From the NCBI GenBank assembly GCA_016870515.1, contig VGBL01000003.1, positions 103,430 to 167,429 on the forward strand: a stretch of 64,000 nt of DNA, read 5' to 3'. Made by a program: the position numbers and the translations under genes. Below the pieces are notes generated by a model that was not told the origin of the DNA, did no database searches, and was given only the letters and a program-made list of their open reading frames with translations. Source of the DNA: Actinomycetota bacterium (GTDB lineage Bacteria > Actinomycetota > Actinomycetes > S36-B12). Below are positions 43,669-57,234 of this stretch, piece after piece (positions within the stretch are counted from its first letter, which is position 1; each line of letters opens with the position of its first letter).

Positions 43669-43961
43669 TCCTCGTCCAGGATGCGCGGGACGCGGAAACG
43701 GCCATCTTCGACGGCGGGCGCGGCCGCCAGGGCCTGCTCCTGGGTCAGGCTCGGGGCGACCTCGTCGGGTCGGAATACGTTGACCAGGGGCATGGGGTGC
43801 GAGGTGGGCGGGATGTCGTCGGCCGCGACCTCGCAGACCCGCGCCACCGACTGCAGGATGACGTCGAGCTGCTGGGCATAGTGGTCGAGCTCGTCTTCGG
43901 CGAGGGCGAGGCGGGCAAGGCGGGCCAGATGCGCGACCTCCGCGCGGGTGATCGCGGACAT
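43665..43961 (-). CDS. gatC: Asp/Glu-tRNA amidotransferase subunit C
   Basis: [36 protein letters not shown]... Confidence 0.9.
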   Translation of the reverse strand: MSAITRAEVAHLARLARLALAEDELDHYAQQLDVILQSVARVCEVAADDIPPTSHPMPLVNVFRPDEVAPSLTQEQALAAAPAVEDGRFRVPRILDEE

Positions 43962-44021
43962 GGTGAGCAGTCTAGGGAGGAGCCCTCCGGCGATTTCCCG
44001 CTGGTCGACGTCGATCCGCGG

Positions 44022-44546
44022 TCAGGACGCGGCGCCGACGACTCCATGCTCGGGCATCTGCGGAAGGCGTCCGAGGCCTCGGCGGTAGAGCACGAGCAGC
44101 ACGATCGCGAGCAGGGGTTGCAGGATGTCGCTCGGGATCGCCCAGGTGTTGGCCGGGGCGTCATTGCCATCGCCCACGTATTGCATGACGTGCCCGATCG
44201 CATCTCCGCCATACGAGATGGCCAGGGCGACGACAGCCGCCGTCATCCATCGATCCCGGAACCAGAAGCACGCGATGCCCAGGACTGACAAGGTCAGGTC
44301 GCCGAAGCCGACCTCCCACTGGAACATGCTGGGCGCGTAGCCGATTTGCTCGGCCGTCTGCGCCGACATCGGGCCAATGTGAGCGAATACGCCGACCAGG
44401 CCCCACGCGCTCATCCAAACCATCACCCAGAGCAGGGAGATCTCGACGAAACGCGCAGCGGTTCGTCGGTCGGCGTGGCGGTCGACCAGCACGTTGATTC
44501 CCACGCCGGCGACCAGGACGATCCACGGGATGATGAAGAAGAGCAT
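44022..44546 (-). CDS. integral membrane protein of unknown function
   Basis: MLFFIIPWIVLVAGVGINVL..., about 5 predicted TM segments. Start set at ATG 44546. Confidence 0.55.
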   Translation of the reverse strand: MLFFIIPWIVLVAGVGINVLVDRHADRRTAARFVEISLLWVMVWMSAWGLVGVFAHIGPMSAQTAEQIGYAPSMFQWEVGFGDLTLSVLGIACFWFRDRWMTAAVVALAISYGGDAIGHVMQYVGDGNDAPANTWAIPSDILQPLLAIVLLVLYRRGLGRLPQMPEHGVVGAAS

Positions 44547-44696
44547 GCGAGCCTCATTTCGCGGTCGGCGACGCACGGCGAATAACCAAGGGGTCCGCGG
44601 ACCATCCAACAGGTAGAGCCAGGGTGACCCTCACCCTTCGAGCGAGAGCCTACTCTACGCAGACTCGGTCAATCCCTTCTCGTCGAAGGCGACCGG

Positions 44697-47886
<3,190 letters not shown>

Positions 47887-47890
<4 letters not shown>

Positions 47891-48960
47891 GCACTACTCC
47901 CGACGATGGTCGCACTGCCCACCACGCGCGTGCCGTCATATGCAACGAGCGTCTGTCCGGGTGCCACACCGCGCGCCGGCTCGTCCAGATGCGCAATCAC
48001 GGTGCCCCCATCGACCTCGAGGGTCGCCCTCAGCGGCTGACCGTGCGCACGGATCTGCACGGCCACGCGCGCGCCAGGCTTCGGGCTGGGCCCGCACCAG
48101 ATGGGACCACGGCCCTCGATGCGTCGCACCGACAGGAGTTGCTCGGTGCCGACGAGAACGCGCATGCCATCCTCCTCGCGACCGATGACATAGCGGCGCG
48201 CGCCATCGTCGCTGGGCACGGTGAGGCCGAGGCCGCGCCGCTGCCCCACGGTGAGCGCGTAGGTCGCCGCATGCATGCCCAGGGTTTCCCCCGACACGGC
48301 ATCGACGAGTTGGCCCTCGCGATCGCCCAGGCGACGGCGCAGGTAGCCCTCGGTGTCTGCGTCGGGGATGAAGCAAATGTCATGACTGTCGGGTTTGTCG
48401 GCCACACGCAGGCCGCGCCCGGCCGCCTCCGCGCGCACATCGGCCTTGCGGGTGTCACCCAGCGGGAAATGCGCGCCCGCAAGTTGCGGTTCGTCGAGGA
48501 CGGCAAGGACATAGGACTGGTCCTTGGTCTGGTCGATCGCGCGATGCAGTTCACGGCCACCAGGGCCCTCGACGATGCGCGCGTAGTGCCCGGTGACGAC
48601 GCCTTCGAATCCGAGGGCCAGGGCACGATCGAGGACGGCCGCGAACTTGATCTTCTCGTTGCAGCGAATGCAGGGGTTGGGAGTGAGGCCCTCGTCGTAG
48701 GACTGGACGAAGTCGTCGATGACATCGCGCTGGAACTCAGCCGACAGGTCCCAGACATAGAAGGGGATGCCGAGCACGTCGGCCACGCGACGCGCATCGC
48801 GGGCGTCCTCGGGCGTGCAGCAGCCACGGCTACCGGCCGGGCCGTTGCCGCTGCGTGCCAATGCCAGGTGGATGCCCACCACCTCGTACCCGGCATCGAC
48901 ACTGCGGGCAGCGGCCACCGACGAGTCGACCCCGCCGGACAGGGCCGCGATCAGGCGCAT
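47887..48960 (-). CDS. mnmA: tRNA 2-thiouridine(34) synthase
   Basis: MRLIAALSGGVDSSVAA (PP-loop)...TPNPCIRCNEKIKF... ATG 48960; the 75-aa track extension is rejected. Confidence 0.9.
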
Positions 48961-48961
48961 G

Positions 48962-50131
48962 TTAGGAGACCGTTCGAAACGTAGGCGAGCCCGCGCGCGA
49001 GGCGCGCTCGACCGCCCGCGGCAGCACGTCGAGGATGCGCTCAACGTCGTCCGGCGTCGACGTGCGCCCCAGCGAGAATCGCAACGAGCCGCGCGCCAGC
49101 GCGGGGTCGACGCCCATGGCGAGCAGCACGTGCGACGGCTCGGGCACGCCTGACGTGCACGCGGAGCCGGTTGAGCACTCGACACCGGAGGCGTCGAGCA
49201 GCATCAGGAGGGCATCGCCCTCGCATCCAGGGAACGACGCGTGGACATGGCCCGGCAGGCTCACCTCGGCCGTGCTGTTGAGCACGGCACCGGGCACTCG
49301 CCCGACAATCCCCGCGGCCAGGGCATCGCGAAGGCCGGCGATGCGCTCCGCGTGCGCCTGATGCTCGGTGACGGCGTGTCGCACGGCCACGGCCATCGCC
49401 GCGGATGATGCCGCATCGACGGTGCCGGAGCGCACGTCGCGCTCCTGGCCCCCGCCGTGCAGGACGGGCACGACGCGGGCGTCGCGATCGAGCACGAGCA
49501 CGCCCACGCCCACCGGAGCACCGATCTTGTGGCCGCTAAGAGCCAGCGACGTGATGCCGCGCCGTCCCGCGTCGACAGGAAGCTGACCGAGCGCCTGGAC
49601 GGCGTCGGTGTGGAAGGGCACGCCCGCATCGGCGCACGCGGCCGCAATCTCGGCGATCGGCTGGATCGTGCCGACCTCGTTGTTGGCCCACATCACCGTG
49701 CACAGGGCGACATCAACGTCGAGATGCGCGATCACGTCATCAACACTGACGCGGCCGACGGCGTCGACGCCCAGCCAGGTGATGGGCCTGCCCTGCTCGC
49801 CGAGCCACTCCACGGGATCCAGCACGGCGCGATGCTCGATGGGCGAGCAGACGATGCGCGGTCGATCCGGCGCTGCCCAGGCCAGGCCCTTGATGGCGAG
49901 GTTGTCTGCCTCGGTGCCGCCGGCGGTGAAGATGACCTCGCTGGGCCGCATGCCTAGGTCGTCGGCGATGCTCTCGCGCGACTCCTCGACGATACGACGC
50001 GCCGCACGACCAGACCCGTGCAGCGACGACGGGTTGCCGACGTGCCGGGACGCACGCTGCCAGGCATCGGCCGCCGACGGGAGCATCGGCGTGGAGGCGG
50101 CATGATCGACGTAGGTGCGCGGCTGCGTCAC
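48962..50131 (-). CDS. cysteine desulfurase (NifS/IscS class)
   Basis: ...YVDHAASTP...FTAGGTEADN...LSGHKIGAPVGVG (PLP Lys)...GSACTSG (active Cys). Confidence 0.9.
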   Translation of the reverse strand: MTQPRTYVDHAASTPMLPSAADAWQRASRHVGNPSSLHGSGRAARRIVEESRESIADDLGMRPSEVIFTAGGTEADNLAIKGLAWAAPDRPRIVCSPIEHRAVLDPVEWLGEQGRPITWLGVDAVGRVSVDDVIAHLDVDVALCTVMWANNEVGTIQPIAEIAAACADAGVPFHTDAVQALGQLPVDAGRRGITSLALSGHKIGAPVGVGVLVLDRDARVVPVLHGGGQERDVRSGTVDAASSAAMAVAVRHAVTEHQAHAERIAGLRDALAAGIVGRVPGAVLNSTAEVSLPGHVHASFPGCEGDALLMLLDASGVECSTGSACTSGVPEPSHVLLAMGVDPALARGSLRFSLGRTSTPDDVERILDVLPRAVERASRAGSPTFRTVS

Positions 50132-50157
50132 GCCCCCGATGGTATCCGTCAGGGCGA

Positions 50158-51114
50158 TCAGGCCTTGCGCTTGCCTATCTCCTCCGTCAACTGCGGGACC
50201 ACCGTGAACAGGTCGCCAACGACGCCGAAGTCGGCCAGCTCGAAGATGGGCGCCTCGGGGTCCTTGTTGACGACCACGATCGTCTTGGAGGTCTGCATGC
50301 CGGCACGGTGCTGGATGGCACCGCTGATGCCGTTGGCGATGTAGAGCTGCGGGGAGACGGTCTTGCCGGTCTGGCCCACCTGGAACTGATGGGGGTACCA
50401 GCCCGCATCGGTCGCTGCGCGTGAGGCGCCCACGGCCGCACCGAGGGTGTCGGCCAGCGCCTCGACGACACCGAAGCCCTCGGCACCGCCGACGCCACGC
50501 CCGCCGGAGACCACGATGGCGGCCTCGGCGAGATCGGGCCGGCCACCGCGCTGGGCGACGGTGCGGCCGGTGACCTTGGCGGACTTCGCCGCGTCGGAGA
50601 TGGCGGCGGCCACGTCGCTGCGCGTGCCGGTGGCCGGTGCGGCTTCGGGGGCGGTGGAATTAGGACGCACGGTGATGATGGGCGTGCCCCTGGTGACCTT
50701 GGACTTCACGACGGTCGATCCGCCGAAAACGCTTTGGGTGGCCGTGAGGTCGGCGGCGACGCCCACCGCATCGGTGATGACACCGGAGTCGGCCTTGATG
50801 GCCACGCGCCCGGCGATTTCTTTGCCGTCGGCGGTGGAGGCGATCAGGACCGCCGCTGGTGCCTTGTCGGCGATCAGCGAGGCGAGCACCTCGGCCTTGG
50901 GGGCGACGAGGAAGTCGTCGAGGTCAGCCGAGTCGGCGACGTAGATGGTCTCAGCACCGTATTCGCCGAGGATGGCCAGGGCCGCGGCGTCAGCGCCGGC
51001 ACCGAGCCACACCGCGGACGGCGTGCCAAGCGACCTCGCGAGCGTGAGGAGCTCGAGGGTGACCTTCTTGACGGCGCCTTCGGAGTGCTCGACGAGCACG
51101 AGGATCTCGGACAT
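50158..51114 (-). CDS. etfA: electron transfer flavoprotein alpha subunit
   Basis: MSEILVLVEH...VVSGGRGVG...GASRAATDAGW...QVGQTGKTVSPQLYIANGISGAIQH. Confidence 0.92.
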   Translation of the reverse strand: MSEILVLVEHSEGAVKKVTLELLTLARSLGTPSAVWLGAGADAAALAILGEYGAETIYVADSADLDDFLVAPKAEVLASLIADKAPAAVLIASTADGKEIAGRVAIKADSGVITDAVGVAADLTATQSVFGGSTVVKSKVTRGTPIITVRPNSTAPEAAPATGTRSDVAAAISDAAKSAKVTGRTVAQRGGRPDLAEAAIVVSGGRGVGGAEGFGVVEALADTLGAAVGASRAATDAGWYPHQFQVGQTGKTVSPQLYIANGISGAIQHRAGMQTSKTIVVVNKDPEAPIFELADFGVVGDLFTVVPQLTEEIGKRKA

Positions 51115-51126
51115 GGTCGCGTCTCC

Positions 51127-51906
51127 CTAGATGAACTTCTGCTGGCTGAGGTAGTCGGCGATCTTCACGCCACCCGCGCCGTCGTCGGCGATAACGGTGC
51201 CCGCGGCCTTCGGCGGGCGTGCGGCAAACTCGTCGACCGCCGACCAGGCGGCGGCCAGGCCAACAGTGACCGGCTCCAGCCCGAGGTCGGCGACCGTGAG
51301 AGTGTCGACCGGCTTCTTCTTGGCGGCCATGATGCCCTTGAACGACGGATAGCGCGGCTCGTTGATCTTCTCGACGACGCTGACCACGACGGGGGCAGAG
51401 GCCTCGATCGAGTCGTAGCCGTACTCGGCCTGACGCTCGATGCGCACGGTGGAGCCGTCGACCTCGACCTTCTGTGCGAATGTGAGCTGCGGCAGGCCTA
51501 GGCGCTCGGCGACCATGGCGGGCACCACGCTCATGCGGGCATCGGTGGACTCGGAGCCAAAGAGGATGAGGTCGAATCCGCGACCCTCGAGCGCCTTGGC
51601 GAGCGCGGCCGACGTGGCGATGGCATCGGAGCCATGCAGTGCATCGTCGACGATGTGGATGCCGGCGTCGGCACCCATGCTCAGGGCCTTGCGGATGGTC
51701 TCGCCGGCCCGCTCTGGGCCCATCGACACGACGACGACTTCGCCGCCCTGGGCCTCGATGAGGCGCAGGGCCTCCTCGACGGCGTATTCATCGAGTTCAT
51801 TCAGCACGCCCTCGGCCGATTCGCGGTCGAGGGTGGAGTCCTCGGGCTTCAGGCGCTTTTCCGCCCAGGTGTCGGGGACTTGCTTGACGCATACGGCGAT
51901 CTTCAC
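51127..51906 (-). CDS. etfB: electron transfer flavoprotein beta subunit
   Basis: VKIAVCVKQVPD...NELDEYAVEEALRL...; GTG start at 51906. Confidence 0.92.
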   Translation of the reverse strand: MKIAVCVKQVPDTWAEKRLKPEDSTLDRESAEGVLNELDEYAVEEALRLIEAQGGEVVVVSMGPERAGETIRKALSMGADAGIHIVDDALHGSDAIATSAALAKALEGRGFDLILFGSESTDARMSVVPAMVAERLGLPQLTFAQKVEVDGSTVRIERQAEYGYDSIEASAPVVVSVVEKINEPRYPSFKGIMAAKKKPVDTLTVADLGLEPVTVGLAAAWSAVDEFAARPPKAAGTVIADDGAGGVKIADYLSQQKFI

Positions 51907-51950
51907 GCCTAACTCCTCATGATACGGGCCGGACTGCCCCAGCTGGACCT

Positions 51951-52781
51951 ATGTTACTGGCGAGTCACTTAGCTTGCCCGACGGGACTAGGCTCGCTGAC
52001 CGTGCTCCCTCTCCCTGCCAGGTCTGCCCCCGCGCTGCCGCCCACGGGTGAGCGCACCGCTCCCGGCCTGCCCGACGAGGAGTACTGGTTCGCCCGCCAC
52101 GAAGTCGCCTACGCGTGGATCACCCGGCGCTTCGCCGAGCTCATCAGCGCGGGCATCGTCGCCGATGCTGGGGCCGGCGAGGGATACGGGACCGCCTGGC
52201 TGCGCGAGGCCGACCCCCGGTCTGTCATCGCCTGGGAGTACGACGAGGCCGCGTGCCTTCACGCGACGCGCACCTATCCGGAGACCGCAATGGTGCGTGC
52301 CAATCTCGACGCGCTGCCTGCCCGCGACAGCACCATCGACCTCATCGCGTGCTGCCAGGTGATCGAGCACCTGTGGGATCTGCCCCGCTTCCTTCGCGAG
52401 TGCTCTCGTGTCCTACGGCCCGGCGGTGCACTCATCGTCACGACGCCCAATCGCCTGACCTTCTCTCCCGGACTCGGGCGCTGCGCCAAGCCGGTCAACC
52501 CCTTTCACGTCGAGGAATTCGACGCCGAGCAGGTCGGCAGCCTGATGCGTGCCGCCGGCTTCGTAGGTATCGAGGTGCTGGGCCTTGACCACGCCGATCG
52601 CATCGATGCGTGGGAGCAAGACAACGGCTCGATAGTCGCGGCGCAGGTAGCCGCCGTGCTAGGCGATCACCTGCCCCCGGATCTGCGCGACTTCATCCGC
52701 ACCGTCAACCGCGACGACTTCACCGTGGGCAGCGCGAGCGACAGCGCGGCCGATCTCATTGGCATCGGATTCGCTCCGTGA
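51951..52781 (+). CDS. class I SAM-dependent methyltransferase (Rv3030-like position)
   Basis: ...VADAGAGEGYG...CCQVIEHLWD...LRPGGALIVTTPN. The start is uncertain: ATG 51951 or GTG 52002. Confidence 0.75.
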   Translation: MLLASHLACPTGLGSLTVLPLPARSAPALPPTGERTAPGLPDEEYWFARHEVAYAWITRRFAELISAGIVADAGAGEGYGTAWLREADPRSVIAWEYDEAACLHATRTYPETAMVRANLDALPARDSTIDLIACCQVIEHLWDLPRFLRECSRVLRPGGALIVTTPNRLTFSPGLGRCAKPVNPFHVEEFDAEQVGSLMRAAGFVGIEVLGLDHADRIDAWEQDNGSIVAAQVAAVLGDHLPPDLRDFIRTVNRDDFTVGSASDSAADLIGIGFAP

Positions 52782-54304
52782 GCACCCCACCCATCGGCAC
52801 CTTTTGCCTCGTCCTGCACACGCACTTGCCCTGGGTGGCGCACCACGGCGCCTGGCCGGTCGGCGAGGAGTGGCTGCACCAGGCCTGGGCGACGTCCTAC
52901 CAGCCCGTCGTCCGCGTGCTGGACGCCCTCGCGGCCGAAGGACGCCAGCATCTGCTCACCCTCGGCATGACGCCGGTGCTCGCCGCGCAGCTCGACGACC
53001 CCTATCTCCTCGACGAGCAGCACACCTGGCTCGGCTACTGGCGAGTGCGCGCCGAGGGTATGGCCGGTGCACGCGAGCAGTGGCGCAGGCAGGCCGGTCG
53101 CCGTGAGTGCGCCGAGGCCTCGCACGCACTCGACGACTTCGAAGCGCGCTGGTCGAGCGGCGCCTCCCCGGTGCTGCGCCGACTCGTTGACGACGACGTC
53201 ATCGAGTTACTCGGCGGACCGCTCACGCACCCCTTCCTGCCACTGCTCCCGGACGGCATTGCGCGGCCGAGTCTGGCCGCCGGACTCGACGATGCCCGGC
53301 ATCGCCTGGGTCGGCGGCCGGCGGGTCTATGGACTCCCGAGTGCGCCTACGAGCCAGGGCTCGAACGCGCGTATGCCGATGCCGGCGTCGGACACGTCGT
53401 GCTCGACGGCCCCTCCCTGCTGGGCGCGCAGGCCACCACCGCCGATGCATGGTGGCTCGGCGACTCCGATGTCGTCGCGGTCGGCCGCGACCTCGACGTC
53501 AGCTACCGCGTTTGGTCGCCCAAGCGCGGCTATCCCGGTGATCCGTGGTACCGCGACTTCCACACCTTCGACCACGAGTGGGGGTTCCGCACCGCCCGGG
53601 TCACCGGCCGGTCAGTCGATCCCCACGACAAGGCGCCGTACGAACCCGCGCGTGCGGCAGCGGTCATCCAGCGCGACGCGGAGGACTTCGTCGGCATCGT
53701 GCGGCAGCGCCTCATCGACCTACGCGAGCGGCGAGGCGAGAGGCCCGGCCTCGTGGTTGCTGCCTACGACACCGAGCTCTTCGGTCACTGGTGGCATGAG
53801 GGCCCCGCCTGGCTCGCTGCCGTACTCCGCGCGCTTCCGAAGGCGGGGATACGCGTGACGACACTGGGCGAGGCCATCGACGAGCCGGCCGGCCAGGTCT
53901 ACCCCGACTCCGGGTCATGGGGCCTGCACAAGGACTGGCACGTTTGGACCGGTGAGCGCGCCGCTCCGATAGCCGAGCGCCAGGAATCCCTGGCCAAGGA
54001 GACGCTGCAGGCCCTCGACGCCACGCATCCGCGCACGCATCGATCTGCCACGCACGACACCCTCGTGGCACAGGCGCTGCTCGCACTTTCGAGCGACTGG
54101 GCATTCATGGTGAGTCACGACAGCGCCGCGGCATACGCGTGGGATCGCTTTCAAGGTCACGACCAGACCGCCCGCGGCATCATCCATGCGCTGGCGCGCG
54201 GCGACATCGAGCTCGCCCGCGATCGAGCTGAGCGTGCTCGCCGCCTCGACAATCCCTTTCCGGTTCTCGATGCGCGTCGATTCCTCGATGGTAGTGCGTC
54301 ATGA
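52778..54304 (+). CDS. GH57-family alpha-glucan branching-type enzyme (Rv3031-like)
   Basis: VSTPPIGTFCLVLHTHLPWVAHHG...GMTPVLAAQL...TELFGHWWHEG. GTGA overlap with the upstream methyltransferase. Confidence 0.8.
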   Translation: MSTPPIGTFCLVLHTHLPWVAHHGAWPVGEEWLHQAWATSYQPVVRVLDALAAEGRQHLLTLGMTPVLAAQLDDPYLLDEQHTWLGYWRVRAEGMAGAREQWRRQAGRRECAEASHALDDFEARWSSGASPVLRRLVDDDVIELLGGPLTHPFLPLLPDGIARPSLAAGLDDARHRLGRRPAGLWTPECAYEPGLERAYADAGVGHVVLDGPSLLGAQATTADAWWLGDSDVVAVGRDLDVSYRVWSPKRGYPGDPWYRDFHTFDHEWGFRTARVTGRSVDPHDKAPYEPARAAAVIQRDAEDFVGIVRQRLIDLRERRGERPGLVVAAYDTELFGHWWHEGPAWLAAVLRALPKAGIRVTTLGEAIDEPAGQVYPDSGSWGLHKDWHVWTGERAAPIAERQESLAKETLQALDATHPRTHRSATHDTLVAQALLALSSDWAFMVSHDSAAAYAWDRFQGHDQTARGIIHALARGDIELARDRAERARRLDNPFPVLDARRFLDGSAS

Positions 54305-55566
54305 GCGGCAGGCGCATCCTGCACCTGTCGTGGGAGTATCCGCCCCTGGTCTACGGAGGCCTGGGCCGACACGTGCATGCACTTGCCGACGCCCAGGCGG
54401 CCCGCGGCGACGAAGTTGTCGTGCTCACCCAGAGTCTCGAGGACGTCGCTGGCGACGAGGTGGCCTCTGGCGTGCGCATCATTCGCGTGCCCCACGATCC
54501 ACCAGCGGTGCCCTTCGACGAGGCGCACCTGCTCGCCTGGGTCATGGGCATGGAGAGCGCCATCACCCGCCGCGGCCTGTCCCTGATCGAGGAGCACGCA
54601 CCGCACGTCGTGCATGCGCACGACTGGATGCTGGCGCACACTGCCACGACGCTGGTCGAGGCATCCCGCCATGAGTCGGCACTCGTCGCAACAATTCACG
54701 CGACCGAGGCCGGGCGCCACCAGGGCTGGCTGCCCACCGACCTTTCCGACTCCATCCACTCAGTCGAGCACTGGCTGGTGCACCGCGCACAGCGTGTCAT
54801 CGCCTGCTCACACCACATGCGCTACGAGATCGAGCGGCTCTTCCATCTCGATCCCGAGCGCATCGCCGTGGTTACCAACGGCATCGACCTGCGTCACTGG
54901 CGAGCATCGGCGACTGATCTGGCCCGCGCACGGGATCGTTTTGCGGCCACCGGACCCCTGATCATCTTCTGCGGGCGCCTGGAGTGGGAGAAGGGCGGCC
55001 ACACGCTCATCGACGCCCTTCCTCGACTGCGCCGTCGGCTGCCCGGGCTGCGCGTGGTGGTCGCCGGCCGCGGAGGCGCGGCATCCGACCTCGAACACCA
55101 GGCACGCGAGCGCCGCGTGTCCTCGATCGTGACGTTCACCGGGTGGCTCCCCGAGCGGGAATTGCACGGGCTCATGGCCGCCGCAGACGCCCTGGTCATC
55201 CCGAGTCTCTACGAGCCGTTCGGCCTAGTGGCACTCGAGGGAGCGGCCCTGTCGGCACCGCTGGTCGTCGCGCGGACGGGCGGTCTCGCCGAGTTCGTCG
55301 TAGACGAGAAAACCGGACGGACGTTCGCGCCAGGTGACCCGGAGGATCTTGCACGGGCGGTCACCGAGGCCGTGCGCGACCACGAGTCGTCGCGCGAGTT
55401 TGCGCGGGCGGCGCGCACCCGATTACGCGAGTCCTATCGATGGGAGCTCCTGGCAGCGCAGACCGACGAGGTCTATGCGCGGGCAGCGGCAAGCGAGCCG
55501 CGCCTGGGGAGCGCTCCCGCCGTCATCCCGCCGCGCGGGGTCAACCTGCTGCGCGACTTCGCGTAG
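54301..55566 (+). CDS. GT4 glycosyltransferase (Rv3032-like alpha-1,4-glucosyltransferase)
   Basis: MSGRRILHLSWEYPPLVYGGLGRHV...PSLYEPFGLVALEGAA. ATGA overlap with the GH57 gene. Confidence 0.85.
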   Translation: MSGRRILHLSWEYPPLVYGGLGRHVHALADAQAARGDEVVVLTQSLEDVAGDEVASGVRIIRVPHDPPAVPFDEAHLLAWVMGMESAITRRGLSLIEEHAPHVVHAHDWMLAHTATTLVEASRHESALVATIHATEAGRHQGWLPTDLSDSIHSVEHWLVHRAQRVIACSHHMRYEIERLFHLDPERIAVVTNGIDLRHWRASATDLARARDRFAATGPLIIFCGRLEWEKGGHTLIDALPRLRRRLPGLRVVVAGRGGAASDLEHQARERRVSSIVTFTGWLPERELHGLMAAADALVIPSLYEPFGLVALEGAALSAPLVVARTGGLAEFVVDEKTGRTFAPGDPEDLARAVTEAVRDHESSREFARAARTRLRESYRWELLAAQTDEVYARAAASEPRLGSAPAVIPPRGVNLLRDFA

Positions 55567-56257
55567 GCGACGACTCGCCCCGGTCCGGAGGGTCGGCCAA
55601 GCCGCCCCCGTCGGGCTCCGCCGCCTGCCGCTGCGCTGCCACGGCCGTCTTGCGCGCGATGTCGGCAACGGCCACGCGCGTGGCTTCCATCGCCGCGCAT
55701 ACCTCGCGGCGGTCCTTGAGCACCCTCGCGGGGATGCCGCCGGCGATGGAGAACGGCGGGACGTCTTGCTTGACCACGGCATGCGCGGCGATGACGCTGC
55801 CGTGGCCGACCGTGGAGCCACGCAGGATGGATGCCTTAGCACCGACCCACACGTCAGAACCGATGCGCACGGGGGACTTCACGATTCCCTGGTCCTTGAT
55901 GGGCCGATGCACGTTGTCGGTCACGTGGTCGAAGTCACAGATGTATACCCAGTCGGCGACGATCGTCCCTTCGCCGAACTCGACGTCGAGGTAGCAGTTC
56001 ACCGTGTTGTCACGACCGAAGACGCACTTGTCGCCGATTCGCATCGTTCCCTCATGGCAGCGGAGGCGGTTTTCGTCTCCGACGTGCACCCATCGCCCGA
56101 TGATCAGTCGTCCGTAGCCGGGTCGTGCGTATACCTCCACGCGCTTGCCGAGGAAGACCATTCCCTCGGTGATGATGTGCGGATTGCGCAACCGGAAGAC
56201 AAGGAAGCGCCAGTAGCGGATGAGGTACCACCACGACCAGGCCCGATTGCGCCACAC
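55541..56257 (-). CDS. hexapeptide-repeat acetyltransferase (Rv3034c-like)
   Basis: ...IGSDVWVGAKASILRGSTVGHGSVIAAHAVV... (LbH repeats). The start is uncertain. GTG 56257 is the first canonical start after the upstream gene. A CTG at 56317 would overlap the upstream stop as CTGA. The 3' end overlaps the GT4 gene by 26 nt. Confidence 0.7.
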   Translation of the reverse strand: MWRNRAWSWWYLIRYWRFLVFRLRNPHIITEGMVFLGKRVEVYARPGYGRLIIGRWVHVGDENRLRCHEGTMRIGDKCVFGRDNTVNCYLDVEFGEGTIVADWVYICDFDHVTDNVHRPIKDQGIVKSPVRIGSDVWVGAKASILRGSTVGHGSVIAAHAVVKQDVPPFSIAGGIPARVLKDRREVCAAMEATRVAVADIARKTAVAAQRQAAEPDGGGLADPPDRGESSPTRSRAAG

Positions 56258-56313
56258 CCAGCGCAGCGAGGCCCATGTGAGGAAACGGGCCTGGCGGGGA
56301 TCGCGACGAGAGA

Positions 56314-57234
56314 TCAGGGTCGCACTCCAGTGACGCAGACGTTGTAGAAGAACTCGTCGGGAACGACGCGCGCGAGCACGGTGGAATCCAAGGCCGAGAG
56401 GCGCTGCCAGGAGCGATACGCGAACACTGCCCAGTTCCAGCCGAGCGAACCCGGCCGGACCGCCGCCTCGAGAGTGCGAACCGGCCAGCCGAACCATGAC
56501 GCGGTCAACTCCTCGGTGACCGTGGTGACGTCGACGGCACCCGCCCGCATGGCCATGCGCGCCAGGGTGTTGGGGTCGAAGGTGTGCAGGTCGACGATGG
56601 CTTCAAGCCGAGCCGCCTCGGACGACGCCGCAAGCTCCTCGGCGGGTCGACCGTAGCGGTCGCGAAGGTAGGGGAGCCGCATCACCCGCGTCGCGGACCA
56701 CCACGTGAAGCGCGACAGTTGACGCGCGACGACGTCGCCACGCTCGGTGGGCTCGCCGCAGAAGACGAAACGCCCACCGGGACGAAGCACGCGAAGCACT
56801 TCGCGCAGCGCCAGCTCCACGTCGGGGATGTGATGCAGGACGGCGTGCCCGATGACGAGGTCGAACTCCCCATCGGCGAACGGCAGTGACTCCGCATCGG
56901 CCACACGTCCGGTGACGTCAAGCCCGAGCGCCGCACCATTGCGCACGGCCACATCGACCATGCCCGAGCTGATATCAGTGACGACCGCCGCGGAGGTCAG
57001 GCCTGCCTGCATGAGGTTGAGCACGAAGAAGCCAGTGCCCGCACCAATCTCGAGGACACGGCGATAGGGCCACTCGGTGTCGCCCGCGACATGCAGGAAT
57101 CGATCGCGTGCATAGGCGATACACCGCTCGTCATAGGAGATGCTCCACTTCTCGTCATAGGTGGAGGCCTCCCAGTCGTGGTAGACGACGTTGGCGAGCT
57201 TGGGGTCGGTCCAGGCATCGGCGATGTCGGTCAT
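56314..57234 (-). CDS. class I SAM-dependent methyltransferase (Rv3037c/38c-like)
   Basis: ...VLEIGAGTGFFVLNL...VIGHAVLHHIPD...LRPGGRFVFCGEP. ATGA overlap with the upstream echA-like gene. Confidence 0.8.
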   Translation of the reverse strand: MTDIADAWTDPKLANVVYHDWEASTYDEKWSISYDERCIAYARDRFLHVAGDTEWPYRRVLEIGAGTGFFVLNLMQAGLTSAAVVTDISSGMVDVAVRNGAALGLDVTGRVADAESLPFADGEFDLVIGHAVLHHIPDVELALREVLRVLRPGGRFVFCGEPTERGDVVARQLSRFTWWSATRVMRLPYLRDRYGRPAEELAASSEAARLEAIVDLHTFDPNTLARMAMRAGAVDVTTVTEELTASWFGWPVRTLEAAVRPGSLGWNWAVFAYRSWQRLSALDSTVLARVVPDEFFYNVCVTGVRP